Of a stretch of DNA of 64,000 nt, positions 9,920-19,818 are shown piece by piece. The stretch is from the NCBI GenBank assembly GCA_033763315.1, contig JANRKS010000032.1, forward strand, positions 352,001 to 416,000, read 5' to 3'. This stretch comes from Deltaproteobacteria bacterium (GTDB lineage Bacteria; Myxococcota_A; Polyangia; Fen-1088). The stretch's first letter is position 1; every line of letters starts with the position of its first letter. Below the pieces are notes generated by a model. The model did not search any database and was not told the origin of the DNA. It saw nothing but the letters and a program-made list of their open reading frames with translations. The position numbers were made by a program, and so were the translations under genes.

Positions 9920-10872
9920 GATTCTTCCAACCGAAAACGATAGGTGAACGTGATGCTTGTGGGAACGTCGACGCCGTTCTTCTGGGCCGGCTCGAACTCT
10001 TCTTGTAAGGCGGCTTGTTTTGCCGACTCGTTCAAATCTGGCTGAGCTGCAGGCTTCACAATTTTCACGCCCGTGACTTTGCCGGCGGCGTCAAGCGATA
10101 CCATCACCACCACGTCGCCCTCAATGCCTTGGCTCTTTAGCGTTTCAGGATAACGAGGCTTCACTTCACGTTTGCGCTTGGCCGGCGTGAACACGATGCC
10201 CACGGTGGGAATGCGCGATGCCACACGGTTCGGGGTTTCTGTGGGCTGTTCAACGATCGGGCCCGCGCCCACGGGCGCCACCTTGGTTGGATCGGCGGCG
10301 GTCTTGCCTGTTTGACCTTCTCGCGTGTTGCCCACGGCGAAGGCCGGGCCGTTCCCGCCTTCGGTGGTTGAATCGAGGCTGAGGCCCACCACGCGCGGGG
10401 GTGGTTTATCGGGTTGAGGGGGCGGTGGTTCAGCTTGAGGCGGAGGCGGCGCCGCAGCCACCTTGGGAGGCGGCGTTTTTTCCACCTTGGCCACAGGCGG
10501 CTCGGGTTCAGGCTCTGGCGGGGGCGTGGGCTCGGGCGGTGGAGGAGGCGGCGGCTCGCGCACTTCTATCTTTACTTGCTGTTCGTCGCGCTTGAACTCC
10601 GGTTTGCGCCCACCCAACCAAACACCCGTCAACACCGCCAGCGCGTGCAGCGCCACGGCCGCCACAACCCAACCCGCGAAGGCCGCGGTTCGCTTGCCCC
10701 CGCTGCGTTCATGGCTGAGCGGATCAACAGCCTTTTGTGCGGCCGAAAGCGGCGTGCGCACAACGTTGCGCATGCGCAGTCGTGCCGCTTGCCGCGTGGC
10801 GGTGCGGCGCGCGGCAAAGGAGGTGCCGGTGGTGGGCTTGCGCGCAGGCGTTTGTGAGCCGACGGGATCCAT
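9916..10872 (-). CDS. tonB: energy transducer TonB
   Basis: TM helix with His (AVALHAL), Pro/Glu-rich spacer, C-terminal 'PRYPETLKSQGIEGDVVV...FEPA...YRFRL'. Start uncertain. Confidence 0.85.
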   Translation of the reverse strand: MDPVGSQTPARKPTTGTSFAARRTATRQAARLRMRNVVRTPLSAAQKAVDPLSHERSGGKRTAAFAGWVVAAVALHALAVLTGVWLGGRKPEFKRDEQQVKIEVREPPPPPPPEPTPPPEPEPEPPVAKVEKTPPPKVAAAPPPPQAEPPPPQPDKPPPRVVGLSLDSTTEGGNGPAFAVGNTREGQTGKTAADPTKVAPVGAGPIVEQPTETPNRVASRIPTVGIVFTPAKRKREVKPRYPETLKSQGIEGDVVVMVSLDAAGKVTGVKIVKPAAQPDLNESAKQAALQEEFEPAQKNGVDVPTSITFTYRFRLEES

Positions 10873-10882
10873 GACGGATGCG

Positions 10883-11335
10883 CTAGGGCGCCGCAGCGCC
10901 GTTGCTAGGCACAACGGGAGGCGTGCCGCGTTCAATGTCTAAAGCAAAGGCCTTGATGCCGTTGGCTTTCACGATGTCGATCATTTCCACCACGCGCCCG
11001 TATTCCACGCCTTTGTCGCCCGCGATGACGGCTTGTGTTTTCGGATCCGCGTCGGCCGCCTTGCGAACCAGGCGCGCCGCCTCTTGCGGCGAAGACACGG
11101 GTTCACCGTTGATCAGAATTGGCCCCTCTTTGGGCACCACGAGGTTCAACGTGGATTCCACCCGGCTGCCGCCTGACGCGGCTTTGGGCAGCTCCACCTT
11201 TAAGCTGGCGCGAACGATGGTGGCCGACGTGAGCATGAAGATCACCAGCAACACCAAAACGATGTCAACGAACGGGATGATGTTGATCGAGGCGAGTGGT
11301 CCGTCGTCGTCGCCTGCGTCGTCTAATGAAGCCAT
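10883..11335 (-). CDS. exbD: biopolymer transporter ExbD/TolR
   Basis: 'INIIPFVDIVLVLLVIFM' and 'IAGDKGVEYGRVVEMID'; RBS AAGGAG before ATG 11335. Confidence 0.9.
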   Translation of the reverse strand: MASLDDAGDDDGPLASINIIPFVDIVLVLLVIFMLTSATIVRASLKVELPKAASGGSRVESTLNLVVPKEGPILINGEPVSSPQEAARLVRKAADADPKTQAVIAGDKGVEYGRVVEMIDIVKANGIKAFALDIERGTPPVVPSNGAAAP

Positions 11336-11355
11336 GCGGATTCTCCTTCGCCGCG

Positions 11356-12012
11356 TTAGCTGGCTTTGCCGCTGCCGTCGGTGGCCTTCAACTGCGCCAG
11401 CAACACGCGCGACAGCATCTGGCAATCGGTGACGGCGTTCTTCACGCGGCCTTTGAAGACGTTGTAAGCAATGACGGCGGGAATGGCGACGAGCAAACCC
11501 ACTGCGGTGGCGATCAGAGCTTCAGCGATGCCCGCCATCACAGATGTGCTGGCGTCGGCCATGTTCGCAGCCAAATCACGGAACGATCGCACGATGCCCA
11601 ACACCGTGCCGAACAAACCGATGTAGGGCGCGTTGCTGGCCAACGTGGCGAGGAAGCTCAAACGCTTTTCATAGCGCGTGCGTTCGCGTCCCAAAGCGCC
11701 GGCGAGCAGATCCTCGACAGATTCGGGGCCCTTTTCCGCAGCCTGCAACCCCACCAACACCACATTGGTTTCAAGCGAATCACGCTGTTGCATCAGCGCC
11801 GCGGCGCCCGCAAAATCGCCCTTCGTCAACTTGTCGGAAAGCTGCTTGCGCAGATCGTCGGCGTTGACCTTGCGCTTTTGATAAAACGCGAAGCGTTCAA
11901 CCATGACGGCGATGGACGCGATCGACAAAAAGATCAGCAAATACAGTACCCATTCGGATTCGAAGATGGGCAGCTCCAAAAGCGTTTGGATGAATCGTGA
12001 ATTCTGGTTCAT
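11356..12012 (-). CDS. exbB: MotA/TolQ/ExbB proton channel protein
   Basis: 'LATLASNAPYIGLFGTVLGI...GIAEALIATAVGLLVAIPAVIAYN'. Confidence 0.92.
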   Translation of the reverse strand: MNQNSRFIQTLLELPIFESEWVLYLLIFLSIASIAVMVERFAFYQKRKVNADDLRKQLSDKLTKGDFAGAAALMQQRDSLETNVVLVGLQAAEKGPESVEDLLAGALGRERTRYEKRLSFLATLASNAPYIGLFGTVLGIVRSFRDLAANMADASTSVMAGIAEALIATAVGLLVAIPAVIAYNVFKGRVKNAVTDCQMLSRVLLAQLKATDGSGKAS

Positions 12013-12116
12013 GGGGCATCTTCCGCGGACGGTTCACAAACGCGGCCCCGCGGGCCGGCGAGGCAGAACAGTAGCACCTGGTTTTGATGCCAGCCAAAGC
12101 CAAACCGAACTTAAGA

Positions 12117-13202
12117 TTACTTTACAAATCCGGACACTTGTCCGCTTTCGGCCGTGTGTGCGAACACTTCGATTTCGTTGTGGTTGTTGTGCATGTGTTT
12201 GGCGCGTGCAAACGCGAAGCCCGTGCGCAGCAACACCTCGATCACAGGCTCAACGATGGCGTGGTTGCCGGTCGCGCCCTTAAACTTGATCGTTACCACC
12301 AGCTGACGACACCATCGCTTTGATGCCCAGGATTCGATGAGTGTGACGCTGCGGTGAGGTTCGCAGATCACGTCACACAGCAACCAATCCACGGGCGCGG
12401 GCGGCACAAACGCGAAAGCATCGCCACGAACTTGTTGCAAACGCGGATGCCCGGCCGCCGGTGCCGCCAACGGCGCGCGATCCACGGCGGTCACAAAAGC
12501 GCCGCGTTTGAGCGCGGTATACGCCCAACCGCCAGGCGCGCCTCCGAGATCGACCACCGTTTGGTCCGGCAACGGAGCCCGCCCCAACCACGCAAAGGTC
12601 TCTTCCAGTTTGCGGTACGCGCGCGAAGGGGCTTGTTTGTCGGTGCTCACGGGTGCCAGTCCCGCGGGCCAGGGCGCTGTCACAAAGCCGCCGCTGGGCA
12701 ACGCAGGCGGGGTGACCGCACTCACCAACGCTGACGTTCGGCTCACCACCATCACCTGGACAAACGGGCTGCCTTGCTTCCAGCCGCGCAACAACGCCTT
12801 TTCATCGGGCGGCAGCAATCGAACGTGGCTGGTCTGGCAGTGGGTTTTCAAACGGCTGCGCAAGCCAGACAGCAGCGGTGCACAGCTTCTGTAGGGACCC
12901 TCGTGCGGTGTGAAGACATGCAGGCCCGCCACTTCCTTGGCCGCGGCGGCTTGCAGTTGGCCCGCCACTTCTTGGATCACGAGGTCGCCCAAGGCCTCGC
13001 TGGTTTTTGCCTTCACCAGCACGGCCTCCGGCAGAACTTGCCGCGCGAACATCGGATCGGCCTTGGCGCCGGGCGGTCGGGTCAAAACACCGGGCCAGCG
13101 GGGCGTGCGCACGCCGCTTGGTCCGAGTTCAGCGTCGAGCGCGTCCTCAAACTCGGGTTCAACGACGTAGGCGCAAAGCGCGCCGGTGGGAGGCGTAGGC
13201 AC
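12117..13202 (-). CDS. RlmM/FtsJ-like rRNA 2'-O-methyltransferase
   Basis: 'APSRAYRKLEE', 'VDLGGAPGGW', 'VDWLLCDV' and 'TIKF...NHNEIEV' (K-D-K-E tetrad of the FtsJ/RlmM family). Confidence 0.8.
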   Translation of the reverse strand: MPTPPTGALCAYVVEPEFEDALDAELGPSGVRTPRWPGVLTRPPGAKADPMFARQVLPEAVLVKAKTSEALGDLVIQEVAGQLQAAAAKEVAGLHVFTPHEGPYRSCAPLLSGLRSRLKTHCQTSHVRLLPPDEKALLRGWKQGSPFVQVMVVSRTSALVSAVTPPALPSGGFVTAPWPAGLAPVSTDKQAPSRAYRKLEETFAWLGRAPLPDQTVVDLGGAPGGWAYTALKRGAFVTAVDRAPLAAPAAGHPRLQQVRGDAFAFVPPAPVDWLLCDVICEPHRSVTLIESWASKRWCRQLVVTIKFKGATGNHAIVEPVIEVLLRTGFAFARAKHMHNNHNEIEVFAHTAESGQVSGFVK

Positions 13203-13309
13203 AGCAGGCGGCTATCAGGTTGCGTCGCTAAGCGCAAGCGTTGTTGCCTGCGCTGGCCAGGCAAGGCTGGATTGTCGTTTTTCGCCCACCTGGCTTATCT
13301 TCGAGGCGC

Positions 13310-15103
13310 ATGCACTTTATCCGCGTTTCGCCTTGTCCGCCGTGCTGGGCGCTGGCGTGCGTGGTGGGGCTCGTGCTGTTGTGTGGGCGCGCCGCGTGGG
13401 CGCAAACCGCGGTGCCGCCGCCGGCCCGCGTGGCGGCCCTGGGCACGTACCAGCAAGAGGCATTGCAGAAGGCGCTTGCCGCGCGCAACTTGGAGGTGGA
13501 TCCAAACCCCACAGGCAAACGCGTGGCCGGCATTTGGGTGAAGAACCTTGATGTGTTCGGGCCCGAAGACAGCGCGCTTTTGACCTGGCTCAACGTGTTT
13601 CACATGACCACGCGCGAGACGATCATTGCGCGCGAGGTGTTGCTGCGGCCGGGCGATGTGTGGAGCGACGACATTGCGGAGGAGACGCGCCGCCGCCTGA
13701 TGGATCCGTTGTTCACCAGCTACGTGGTTGTGATGCCCGTGCGCGCTGTGAACCCGAACGAAGTTTTTGTTCTGGTTGTGACGCGCGATTTGTTTAGCCT
13801 GCGGTTGAACACAGACTTCGAATATCAAGCGGGCGTGTTTTCGCTGCTGCGCATCGAGCCGGCGGAAAACAATTTTCTTGGCCGACGCAAACGTGTGGCG
13901 GGTGTATTCGAGATGGATCTGGGGCGCTTTAGCGTGGGGCCCACTTATTACGACAGCAACATCTGGGGCTCGCGCTGGCAATTATCGAGCGCGGTCCGCG
14001 CCATGTTTGCACGTGAGACGAGCGAATATGAGGGAACCGCAAGCGAAACCAAGTTGGAATATCCTTTGTGGTCGTTTGCGCGCAAGTGGAGCTTCGTCAC
14101 AACCTTCACGCATTTCAATGGGCCACAGCGCAGCTTTTTAGGGCCAGACCTGCGCACCTACGACGATAAGGCGACGCCCGATGAGGAGACGCTGCCTTGG
14201 CGGTACCGCTATAGGCGCGTGGGCACGTCAACCAGCGTGGTTCGTCAATACGGCACAACGGTTTTGCAGCGGTTTGGCGCCGGATACAGCTTCAATGTGC
14301 GGCGCCCCGGTGTGTTCGAAGAAGACTTTGCGACCACGGCGCCTGACGTGCGTGCAGCCTTCATGCGCGACGTGCTGCCGCGATCCGAGCGCGTTTCATC
14401 GCCGTTCATCTCCTACGTGGTTTTTACGCCCCGCTTTGTCACGTTCCGCGATGTCGAAACATTCGATCTTCCTGAAGACAGATCCCTGGGGCCCAGCCTT
14501 ATCCTCTACCTTGGATGGTCGGAGCCTGCGCTCGGTTCTGGGCGCCGGTTCCTTGACCTTTCAGGAACGCTGGCGTTCGACGCCGAGATCGGCCACCGGG
14601 GCCTCTTGCGTCTATCGGCCAGCGGCTCGGGGCGGGCAGATGTGCATAACAATGATTTGTACGACGCGCGCTGGAGCACGAATGCTTTTTTCGCCACGCC
14701 ACAAGTTGGCAAAGTGGCACGGCTGGTCGTGCGGCTGGGCAGCGAGCGTTTGATCGACAACCAAAGCGTGCGCAACGTGGCCATCGGCGGCGATTCCGGA
14801 TTGCGCGGATACCCCATCAACGCGTTCTTCGGTCCCACGTTGGTGCGCGGCAACGTGGAGCTGCGTAGCGCGCCACTGCGCGTGGCATTTGCGCGGCTCG
14901 GCCTGGCGGCGTTTTGGGACTTCGGCCACGCGGCGCCGCGGTTCGCCGATCTCGTGATTCGCCATGATTTCGGAATGGGCTTTCGGTTGTTGCTGCCGCA
15001 GTTGCAACCAACGGTGATACGGTTCGACTGGGCGGTTGCCACACAGGGGCCCACCGCCGGCCTTCCTGGCCGCTTCACGGCGGGTTTTACGCAGGCTTTC
15101 TAA
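13310..15103 (+). CDS. Omp85 (BamA/TamA-like) outer membrane protein
   Basis: POTRA-like 'TRETIIAREVLLRPGD...ETRRRL', 'ENNFLGR', 'GGDSGLRGYP', C-terminal Phe. Start uncertain. Confidence 0.75.
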   Translation: MHFIRVSPCPPCWALACVVGLVLLCGRAAWAQTAVPPPARVAALGTYQQEALQKALAARNLEVDPNPTGKRVAGIWVKNLDVFGPEDSALLTWLNVFHMTTRETIIAREVLLRPGDVWSDDIAEETRRRLMDPLFTSYVVVMPVRAVNPNEVFVLVVTRDLFSLRLNTDFEYQAGVFSLLRIEPAENNFLGRRKRVAGVFEMDLGRFSVGPTYYDSNIWGSRWQLSSAVRAMFARETSEYEGTASETKLEYPLWSFARKWSFVTTFTHFNGPQRSFLGPDLRTYDDKATPDEETLPWRYRYRRVGTSTSVVRQYGTTVLQRFGAGYSFNVRRPGVFEEDFATTAPDVRAAFMRDVLPRSERVSSPFISYVVFTPRFVTFRDVETFDLPEDRSLGPSLILYLGWSEPALGSGRRFLDLSGTLAFDAEIGHRGLLRLSASGSGRADVHNNDLYDARWSTNAFFATPQVGKVARLVVRLGSERLIDNQSVRNVAIGGDSGLRGYPINAFFGPTLVRGNVELRSAPLRVAFARLGLAAFWDFGHAAPRFADLVIRHDFGMGFRLLLPQLQPTVIRFDWAVATQGPTAGLPGRFTAGFTQAF

Positions 15104-15135
15104 GCACCTCAAAGCGCCGGCGGTTGTGGTGTAGT

Positions 15136-17271
15136 ATGCGCGCCATGGCCATGGTTCGTAGGTTCACAGTGAAGACGCCGTTGGGTGAAGACGTTTTGCT
15201 GCTCAAGAGCATGACGGGGCACGAGACGCTGGGGCGTTTGTTTCGTTACGAAGTGGAGCTGCTTTGCGAAGCGGGGCAAATCGACGCCAACAAGCTAATC
15301 GGCGAACCGCTGACGGTGACGGTGCAGTTGCCTGACGGCAGCAAGCGCTATTTCAGCGGTGTGGTCACGTCGATCGCAGAGGCGGGTGGTCTGGGCGGTT
15401 ACGCGCGCTTTCTGGCTGTGGTGGAGCCGTGGCTGGCTCTATTGGACCTCACCAACGATTGCCGCATCTTTCAAGCCAAGGCCGTTCCCGAGATCATGAA
15501 GCAGGTGTTTCGTGACTTGGGCTTCTCGGACTTCGAGGAGCGCATCTACGAAACGTATCCTGAGTGGGAATACATGGCGCAATATCGCGAATCTGCGTTC
15601 GCCTTCGTCAGCCGCTTGATGGAACAAGAGGGCATCTATTATTACTTCAAGCACAGCGACGGACGTCACGAACTGGTGCTTGCTGATTCGCCAAGCTCTC
15701 ACGAACCCGCACCGGGCTTCGAAGAGATTCCCTTTTACCCGCCTTCGGAACACAGCGATCGGCGCGAAGAAGAGCACTTCACGGCGTTCGCGATGGTCAA
15801 ACAAATTCAATCTGGAGCCTACGCCACAACGGACTTCGACTTTAAGCGCCCCAAGGTCAGCTTGATGTCCAAAGCAAGCGATCCGGCGGGCCACACTCAT
15901 GCGGATCTCGAGGTCTACGATTACCCGGGTGAATTTCTGCAAGCAAGCGAAGGCGCCGCGATTGCCAAACGCAAGCTGGAAGAGCTGCAGCTTGGGCACG
16001 AACGCTACGATGGGGCGGGCAACGTTTCCGGCGTGGGCGTGGGCCACACTTTCAAGTTAACCAACCACACCACAGACGCGCACAACAAGGAATACCTGGT
16101 GACTTCGTGTCGCTACAACTTGGTTGTGGCCGGTTATGAATCGGGGGCCAGCACCCTCAAAGAACGTTTTGAGGTTGCGTTTTCCGCCGTGCCTTCAAAA
16201 ACGCAGTTTCGCACACCTGCCAAGACGCCGAAGCCTCATATTCGCGGCCCTCAAACGGCCGTGGTGGTGGGCCCGGGCGGCGAAGAGATCTGGGTGGATG
16301 AATTCGGGCGAATCAAAGTGCAGTTTCACTGGGATCGCCTGGGCAAGAACAACGAAAACAGCTCGTGCTGGGTGCGCGTGTCACAGGCGTGGGCGGGGCC
16401 AGGGTTTGGCGCGATACAGTTGCCGCGCATCGGCCAAGAGGTTGTGGTTGAGTTTTTGGAGGGTGATCCGGATCGACCCATCGTCACGGGGCGCGTTTAC
16501 AACGCCGACAACATGCCGCCCTACAAGCTGCCCGACAACAAGACGCAAAGTGGGATCAAGTCTCGCAGCAGCAAGGGCGGCGCGGCGGACAACGCCAACG
16601 AACTGCGTTTCGAAGACAAAAAAGGCAGCGAGCTGCTGTTCATGCAGGCCGAAAAAGATTTTGAAACGGTCATCAAGAACGACGAGCGGCGCACCGTCAA
16701 AAATGATCGCAAGAAGGACGTCACCAACAACGAGGACAGCACGATTGGTAAGAACCGCACGGAAAGCGTGGGCGAGAACGAGTCGATCAGCATCGGCAAG
16801 AACCGCGCGCTGACGATTGGTGGCAACCACGACGTTTCGGTGGATAAGGCGCAAACGACGTCTGTCACCAAAGACAACACGACGTCGATTGGGGGCTCAA
16901 ATTCATTGTCGGTGGACAAGGACGATTCCACCGCAGTGACGGGCGCGCAGAGCATTTCGATCGGCAAGGATCGCTCTTTGACCGTGTCTGGCGGCCACAC
17001 GATCGCGGTGACCAAAGACGAAAACCACACGATCGACGGCGCCCATAATGTCAAAGTGAAAAAGGATGGCGCCATCGACATCGGCAAGAAGATGTCGATC
17101 ACCGTGGCCGATCAATTGACCATCAAGGTGGGCAAAGCGTCGATCACCATGAAGAAGGACGGCACGATTACGATTGATGGCAAAGACATCAAGCTTAACG
17201 GATCGGGCAAGATCGACATCAAGGCGTCGAGCGACGTGAAGATCAAGGGCAGCAAGGTGGGGCAGAATTAG
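15136..17271 (+). CDS. vgrG: type VI secretion tip protein VgrG (orphan)
   Basis: 'QYRESAFAFVSRLMEQEGIYYYF', 'GPQTAVVVGP...DEFGRIKVQFHWDR', 'PRIGQEVVVEFLEGDPDRP', 'NELRFEDKKG' and Gp5-type 8-aa beta-helix repeats. Confidence 0.95.
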   Translation: MRAMAMVRRFTVKTPLGEDVLLLKSMTGHETLGRLFRYEVELLCEAGQIDANKLIGEPLTVTVQLPDGSKRYFSGVVTSIAEAGGLGGYARFLAVVEPWLALLDLTNDCRIFQAKAVPEIMKQVFRDLGFSDFEERIYETYPEWEYMAQYRESAFAFVSRLMEQEGIYYYFKHSDGRHELVLADSPSSHEPAPGFEEIPFYPPSEHSDRREEEHFTAFAMVKQIQSGAYATTDFDFKRPKVSLMSKASDPAGHTHADLEVYDYPGEFLQASEGAAIAKRKLEELQLGHERYDGAGNVSGVGVGHTFKLTNHTTDAHNKEYLVTSCRYNLVVAGYESGASTLKERFEVAFSAVPSKTQFRTPAKTPKPHIRGPQTAVVVGPGGEEIWVDEFGRIKVQFHWDRLGKNNENSSCWVRVSQAWAGPGFGAIQLPRIGQEVVVEFLEGDPDRPIVTGRVYNADNMPPYKLPDNKTQSGIKSRSSKGGAADNANELRFEDKKGSELLFMQAEKDFETVIKNDERRTVKNDRKKDVTNNEDSTIGKNRTESVGENESISIGKNRALTIGGNHDVSVDKAQTTSVTKDNTTSIGGSNSLSVDKDDSTAVTGAQSISIGKDRSLTVSGGHTIAVTKDENHTIDGAHNVKVKKDGAIDIGKKMSITVADQLTIKVGKASITMKKDGTITIDGKDIKLNGSGKIDIKASSDVKIKGSKVGQN

Positions 17272-18596
17272 CGGCGCCCACACGTCAGGCCGTCAAGGCA
17301 CTGCCCTTCCCCTGTCGCAAGCACGGCGGTCGAGAAGCGTAGCACGTGGCGATAGACGAAAGTTTCGCGGCGCTGCCCTGCGGCCCACGGCAAATCCGGG
17401 CCATTGATGTCGGAGCTGTAGTCATAGACGATCAACTGATCCGGTTCCTCTCCGCTTATGACGGAGGCGAAGCAGGTGTCGCCGCGCGAGGGAAGGTCCA
17501 TCACGAATGCCATTCGGCCGCGACGCTCGTCCCAACGCCACAAAGCACACCGCTTTGGTGTCGTTATATAGGAAAGCTCATTGCGAACCACCCGCCACAG
17601 ACGGGGACCGGAAAAGACGTCGTAGCGCCCCGAATCTGTGACGTTGCGGCGCCCAATCAAGAACGTCTGCCCGCTGTGACTGAACACCAAAGGGGAGTCG
17701 TACTTCTTGGGATCGGTTACACACTTCCACACACCCAGATGTGGTGCCTTGGCCGTGCAGAGCTTGGAGCCGTATCCATCTTGGTCGCCCGCCTCGTTCC
17801 TGACGACGGCAAATAAGTCTCCTGTTTCAAGGATACGAAAGTCAGTCTCGCTACCGCCGCCTTCGAGCACCGCCGGGTTGTGGCCGAACGCGGCTTGCCA
17901 ATTGTAGCCGTCTGTGGACGCCAGCACCTGCACCTGCATCGGCTTGCCGTCGAACCGGTACATGTTTTCGCCGCCGGTGTATCCGACCATCAGGGCGCGA
18001 TCTGCCAACACGTGAACGCGCCACACGATGAAGCCTGGTGGCCCCACGATCTTCGGCTGGGTCCACACGCCCTGGCCGTCGCTTTCGCTCACGCTGATTC
18101 CGCGCGGCTCGAATGCGAACGGATCCTTTCCTAGGCGCGCCACATACAGCATAAGGCGCCCCTTCCACGACAAAAACCGAGGTTCCCGCAGATCGGTGCC
18201 CATCGCGATGCGCGTTTCAAACCGCCACGTCTGCTCGTCTGTGGAGCTCACGACGTTGATGGCCGCTTCGGCACCAGCGAAGTGTGAGCCGGCGGTGCGC
18301 CATGCCAAATACACACGGCCACCGTGACGAATGACATCCAGGTTGTTGTTGGCTTTGAGGCTCACTGCCTCCGCAGGCATACCCGCCGCCGGAGCCACCA
18401 CGCGCGTGGAGATGAGTTCGACCTTAACCGGCCCTGCCTCTGGCGTGGGCGGGCGTGGACACGGATGCGATTGCTCCCAGGTCGCCGGATCAATACGACC
18501 AAAATACGCCGCCACTTGGTAGTGCCACCCGGCCACGCCGGCGGCGGACAGAACGAGCGGTAGGGCCATAAGAACGCGCCACAACATCAACGGCAA
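17268..18596 (-). CDS. exported hypothetical protein, probable beta-propeller (sialidase/BNR-like)
   Basis: N-terminal hydrophobic anchor; Asp-box-like 'SSTDEQTW', 'SESDGQGVW' and 'STDGYNW'. Confidence 0.6.
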   Translation of the reverse strand: MPLMLWRVLMALPLVLSAAGVAGWHYQVAAYFGRIDPATWEQSHPCPRPPTPEAGPVKVELISTRVVAPAAGMPAEAVSLKANNNLDVIRHGGRVYLAWRTAGSHFAGAEAAINVVSSTDEQTWRFETRIAMGTDLREPRFLSWKGRLMLYVARLGKDPFAFEPRGISVSESDGQGVWTQPKIVGPPGFIVWRVHVLADRALMVGYTGGENMYRFDGKPMQVQVLASTDGYNWQAAFGHNPAVLEGGGSETDFRILETGDLFAVVRNEAGDQDGYGSKLCTAKAPHLGVWKCVTDPKKYDSPLVFSHSGQTFLIGRRNVTDSGRYDVFSGPRLWRVVRNELSYITTPKRCALWRWDERRGRMAFVMDLPSRGDTCFASVISGEEPDQLIVYDYSSDINGPDLPWAAGQRRETFVYRHVLRFSTAVLATGEGQCLDGLTCGRR

Positions 18597-18801
18597 CCTC
18601 GGTGTTCAACACGCGAAGCTAGGGTTCGGGGTTGCGCGTAAGTGGGCATGAAGCGGGAAAGGTTAACATCGGTGCCGACGTGCAAAACTGTTGCGTCCAC
18701 CGACGGGCGGCCAACGCTGGGTGTGCCGGTGTTGGACAACGGTGGGAATTGTTTAGGCTTTGTCACGCAAGCGCCGCTTGGAGGCGCAAAAATACACGTT
18801 C

Positions 18802-19809
18802 ATGCCATCCACGGTATTTCTAGGAATCGGTCACTTCACTCCTTCACGCGTTGTCACAAACGACGAGCTGGCCACTTTGATGGCCACCTCTGATGAATGG
18901 ATCCAACAGCGAACGGGGATCGTCGAGCGCCGGATGGTTGACTTTGAAAAGGAGCCCATGGGCGCCTCCGAACTGGGCACCCGCGCCGCGCGCCAAGCTC
19001 TAGAGAACGCCGGCGTTTCGCCAAGCGAAATTGACCTCATCATCTTTTGCACGTTGTCCCCAGACCGCGTATTTCCCGGCGACGGTTGTTTGTTGCAAGC
19101 CAAGCTCGACATTCCCTCAGGCGTGCCGGCGCTGGATGTGAGGAACCAGTGCTCTGGGTTTCTTTATGGCTTGGCAATAGCGGATGCGTTCATCCGCAAC
19201 GGCACGTACAAGAAGGTCTTACTTGTGGGGGCGGAGGTGCACTCGTCAGGGCTCGATTTTAGTGACCGAGGTCGCGATGTCGCGGTCATCTTCGGTGACG
19301 GCGGTGCGGCGGCCGTTTTGGGTGCCACCGACGATCTCGGGCGCGGGGTGTTGTCGGTGGAATTGCATGCCGATGGACGTTTTGCGGATGAATTGACATG
19401 CCGATACCCTTCGAGTGCGGAAATGCCCCGCCTACGCGCCGAGCGACTGGAAGATGACGATCAGTTTCCCAAGATGAACGGACGCAACGTCTTTAAGCAC
19501 GCTTCGGTGCGCATGCCTGAGGTGGTGCAAAGCATTCTGGCGAAACACAACGTGAAGCCGCAAGACTTGAAACTGTTGATACCGCACCAAGCAAATCTGC
19601 GAATCAGCGAGATGGTGCAGCAACGGCTGGCCTTGTCACCCGAGCAGGTGTTTAACAACATTCAAAAATACGGGAACACCACGGCCGCGTCCATTCCGCT
19701 TGCGCTAAGCGAAGCCGTGGCGCAAGGCCTTTTAGTGAAAGGTGATCTCGTTTGCTTCGCAGCGTTCGGTGCAGGCTTTACCTGGGCCGCTGCGCTGCTT
19801 CGGTGGTGA
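18802..19809 (+). CDS. fabH: 3-oxoacyl-ACP synthase III
   Basis: 'TSDEWIQQRTGI', catalytic 'QCSGF', 'PHQANLRI', 'YGNTTAASIP'. Confidence 0.92.
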   Translation: MPSTVFLGIGHFTPSRVVTNDELATLMATSDEWIQQRTGIVERRMVDFEKEPMGASELGTRAARQALENAGVSPSEIDLIIFCTLSPDRVFPGDGCLLQAKLDIPSGVPALDVRNQCSGFLYGLAIADAFIRNGTYKKVLLVGAEVHSSGLDFSDRGRDVAVIFGDGGAAAVLGATDDLGRGVLSVELHADGRFADELTCRYPSSAEMPRLRAERLEDDDQFPKMNGRNVFKHASVRMPEVVQSILAKHNVKPQDLKLLIPHQANLRISEMVQQRLALSPEQVFNNIQKYGNTTAASIPLALSEAVAQGLLVKGDLVCFAAFGAGFTWAAALLRW

Positions 19810-19818
19810 TGAACACAA

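Noticed and set aside
12013-12116. Fur box, cobalamin riboswitch or sigma54 promoter upstream of the TonB operon
   Set aside because: The region is short and GC-rich with no matching consensus, and the TGGC...TGC spacing is not GG-N10-GC.
16680-17260. Periodic sequence as possible CRISPR or tandem DNA repeat
   Set aside because: The periodicity reflects protein-level 8-aa beta-helix repeats of VgrG. The Sel1 and Cys-rich repeats are likewise coding, and no identical repeat-spacer array was seen.
15136-17271. Full T6SS cluster or prophage tail
   Set aside because: No Hcp, sheath, baseplate, TssJLM, PAAR or phage genes nearby.
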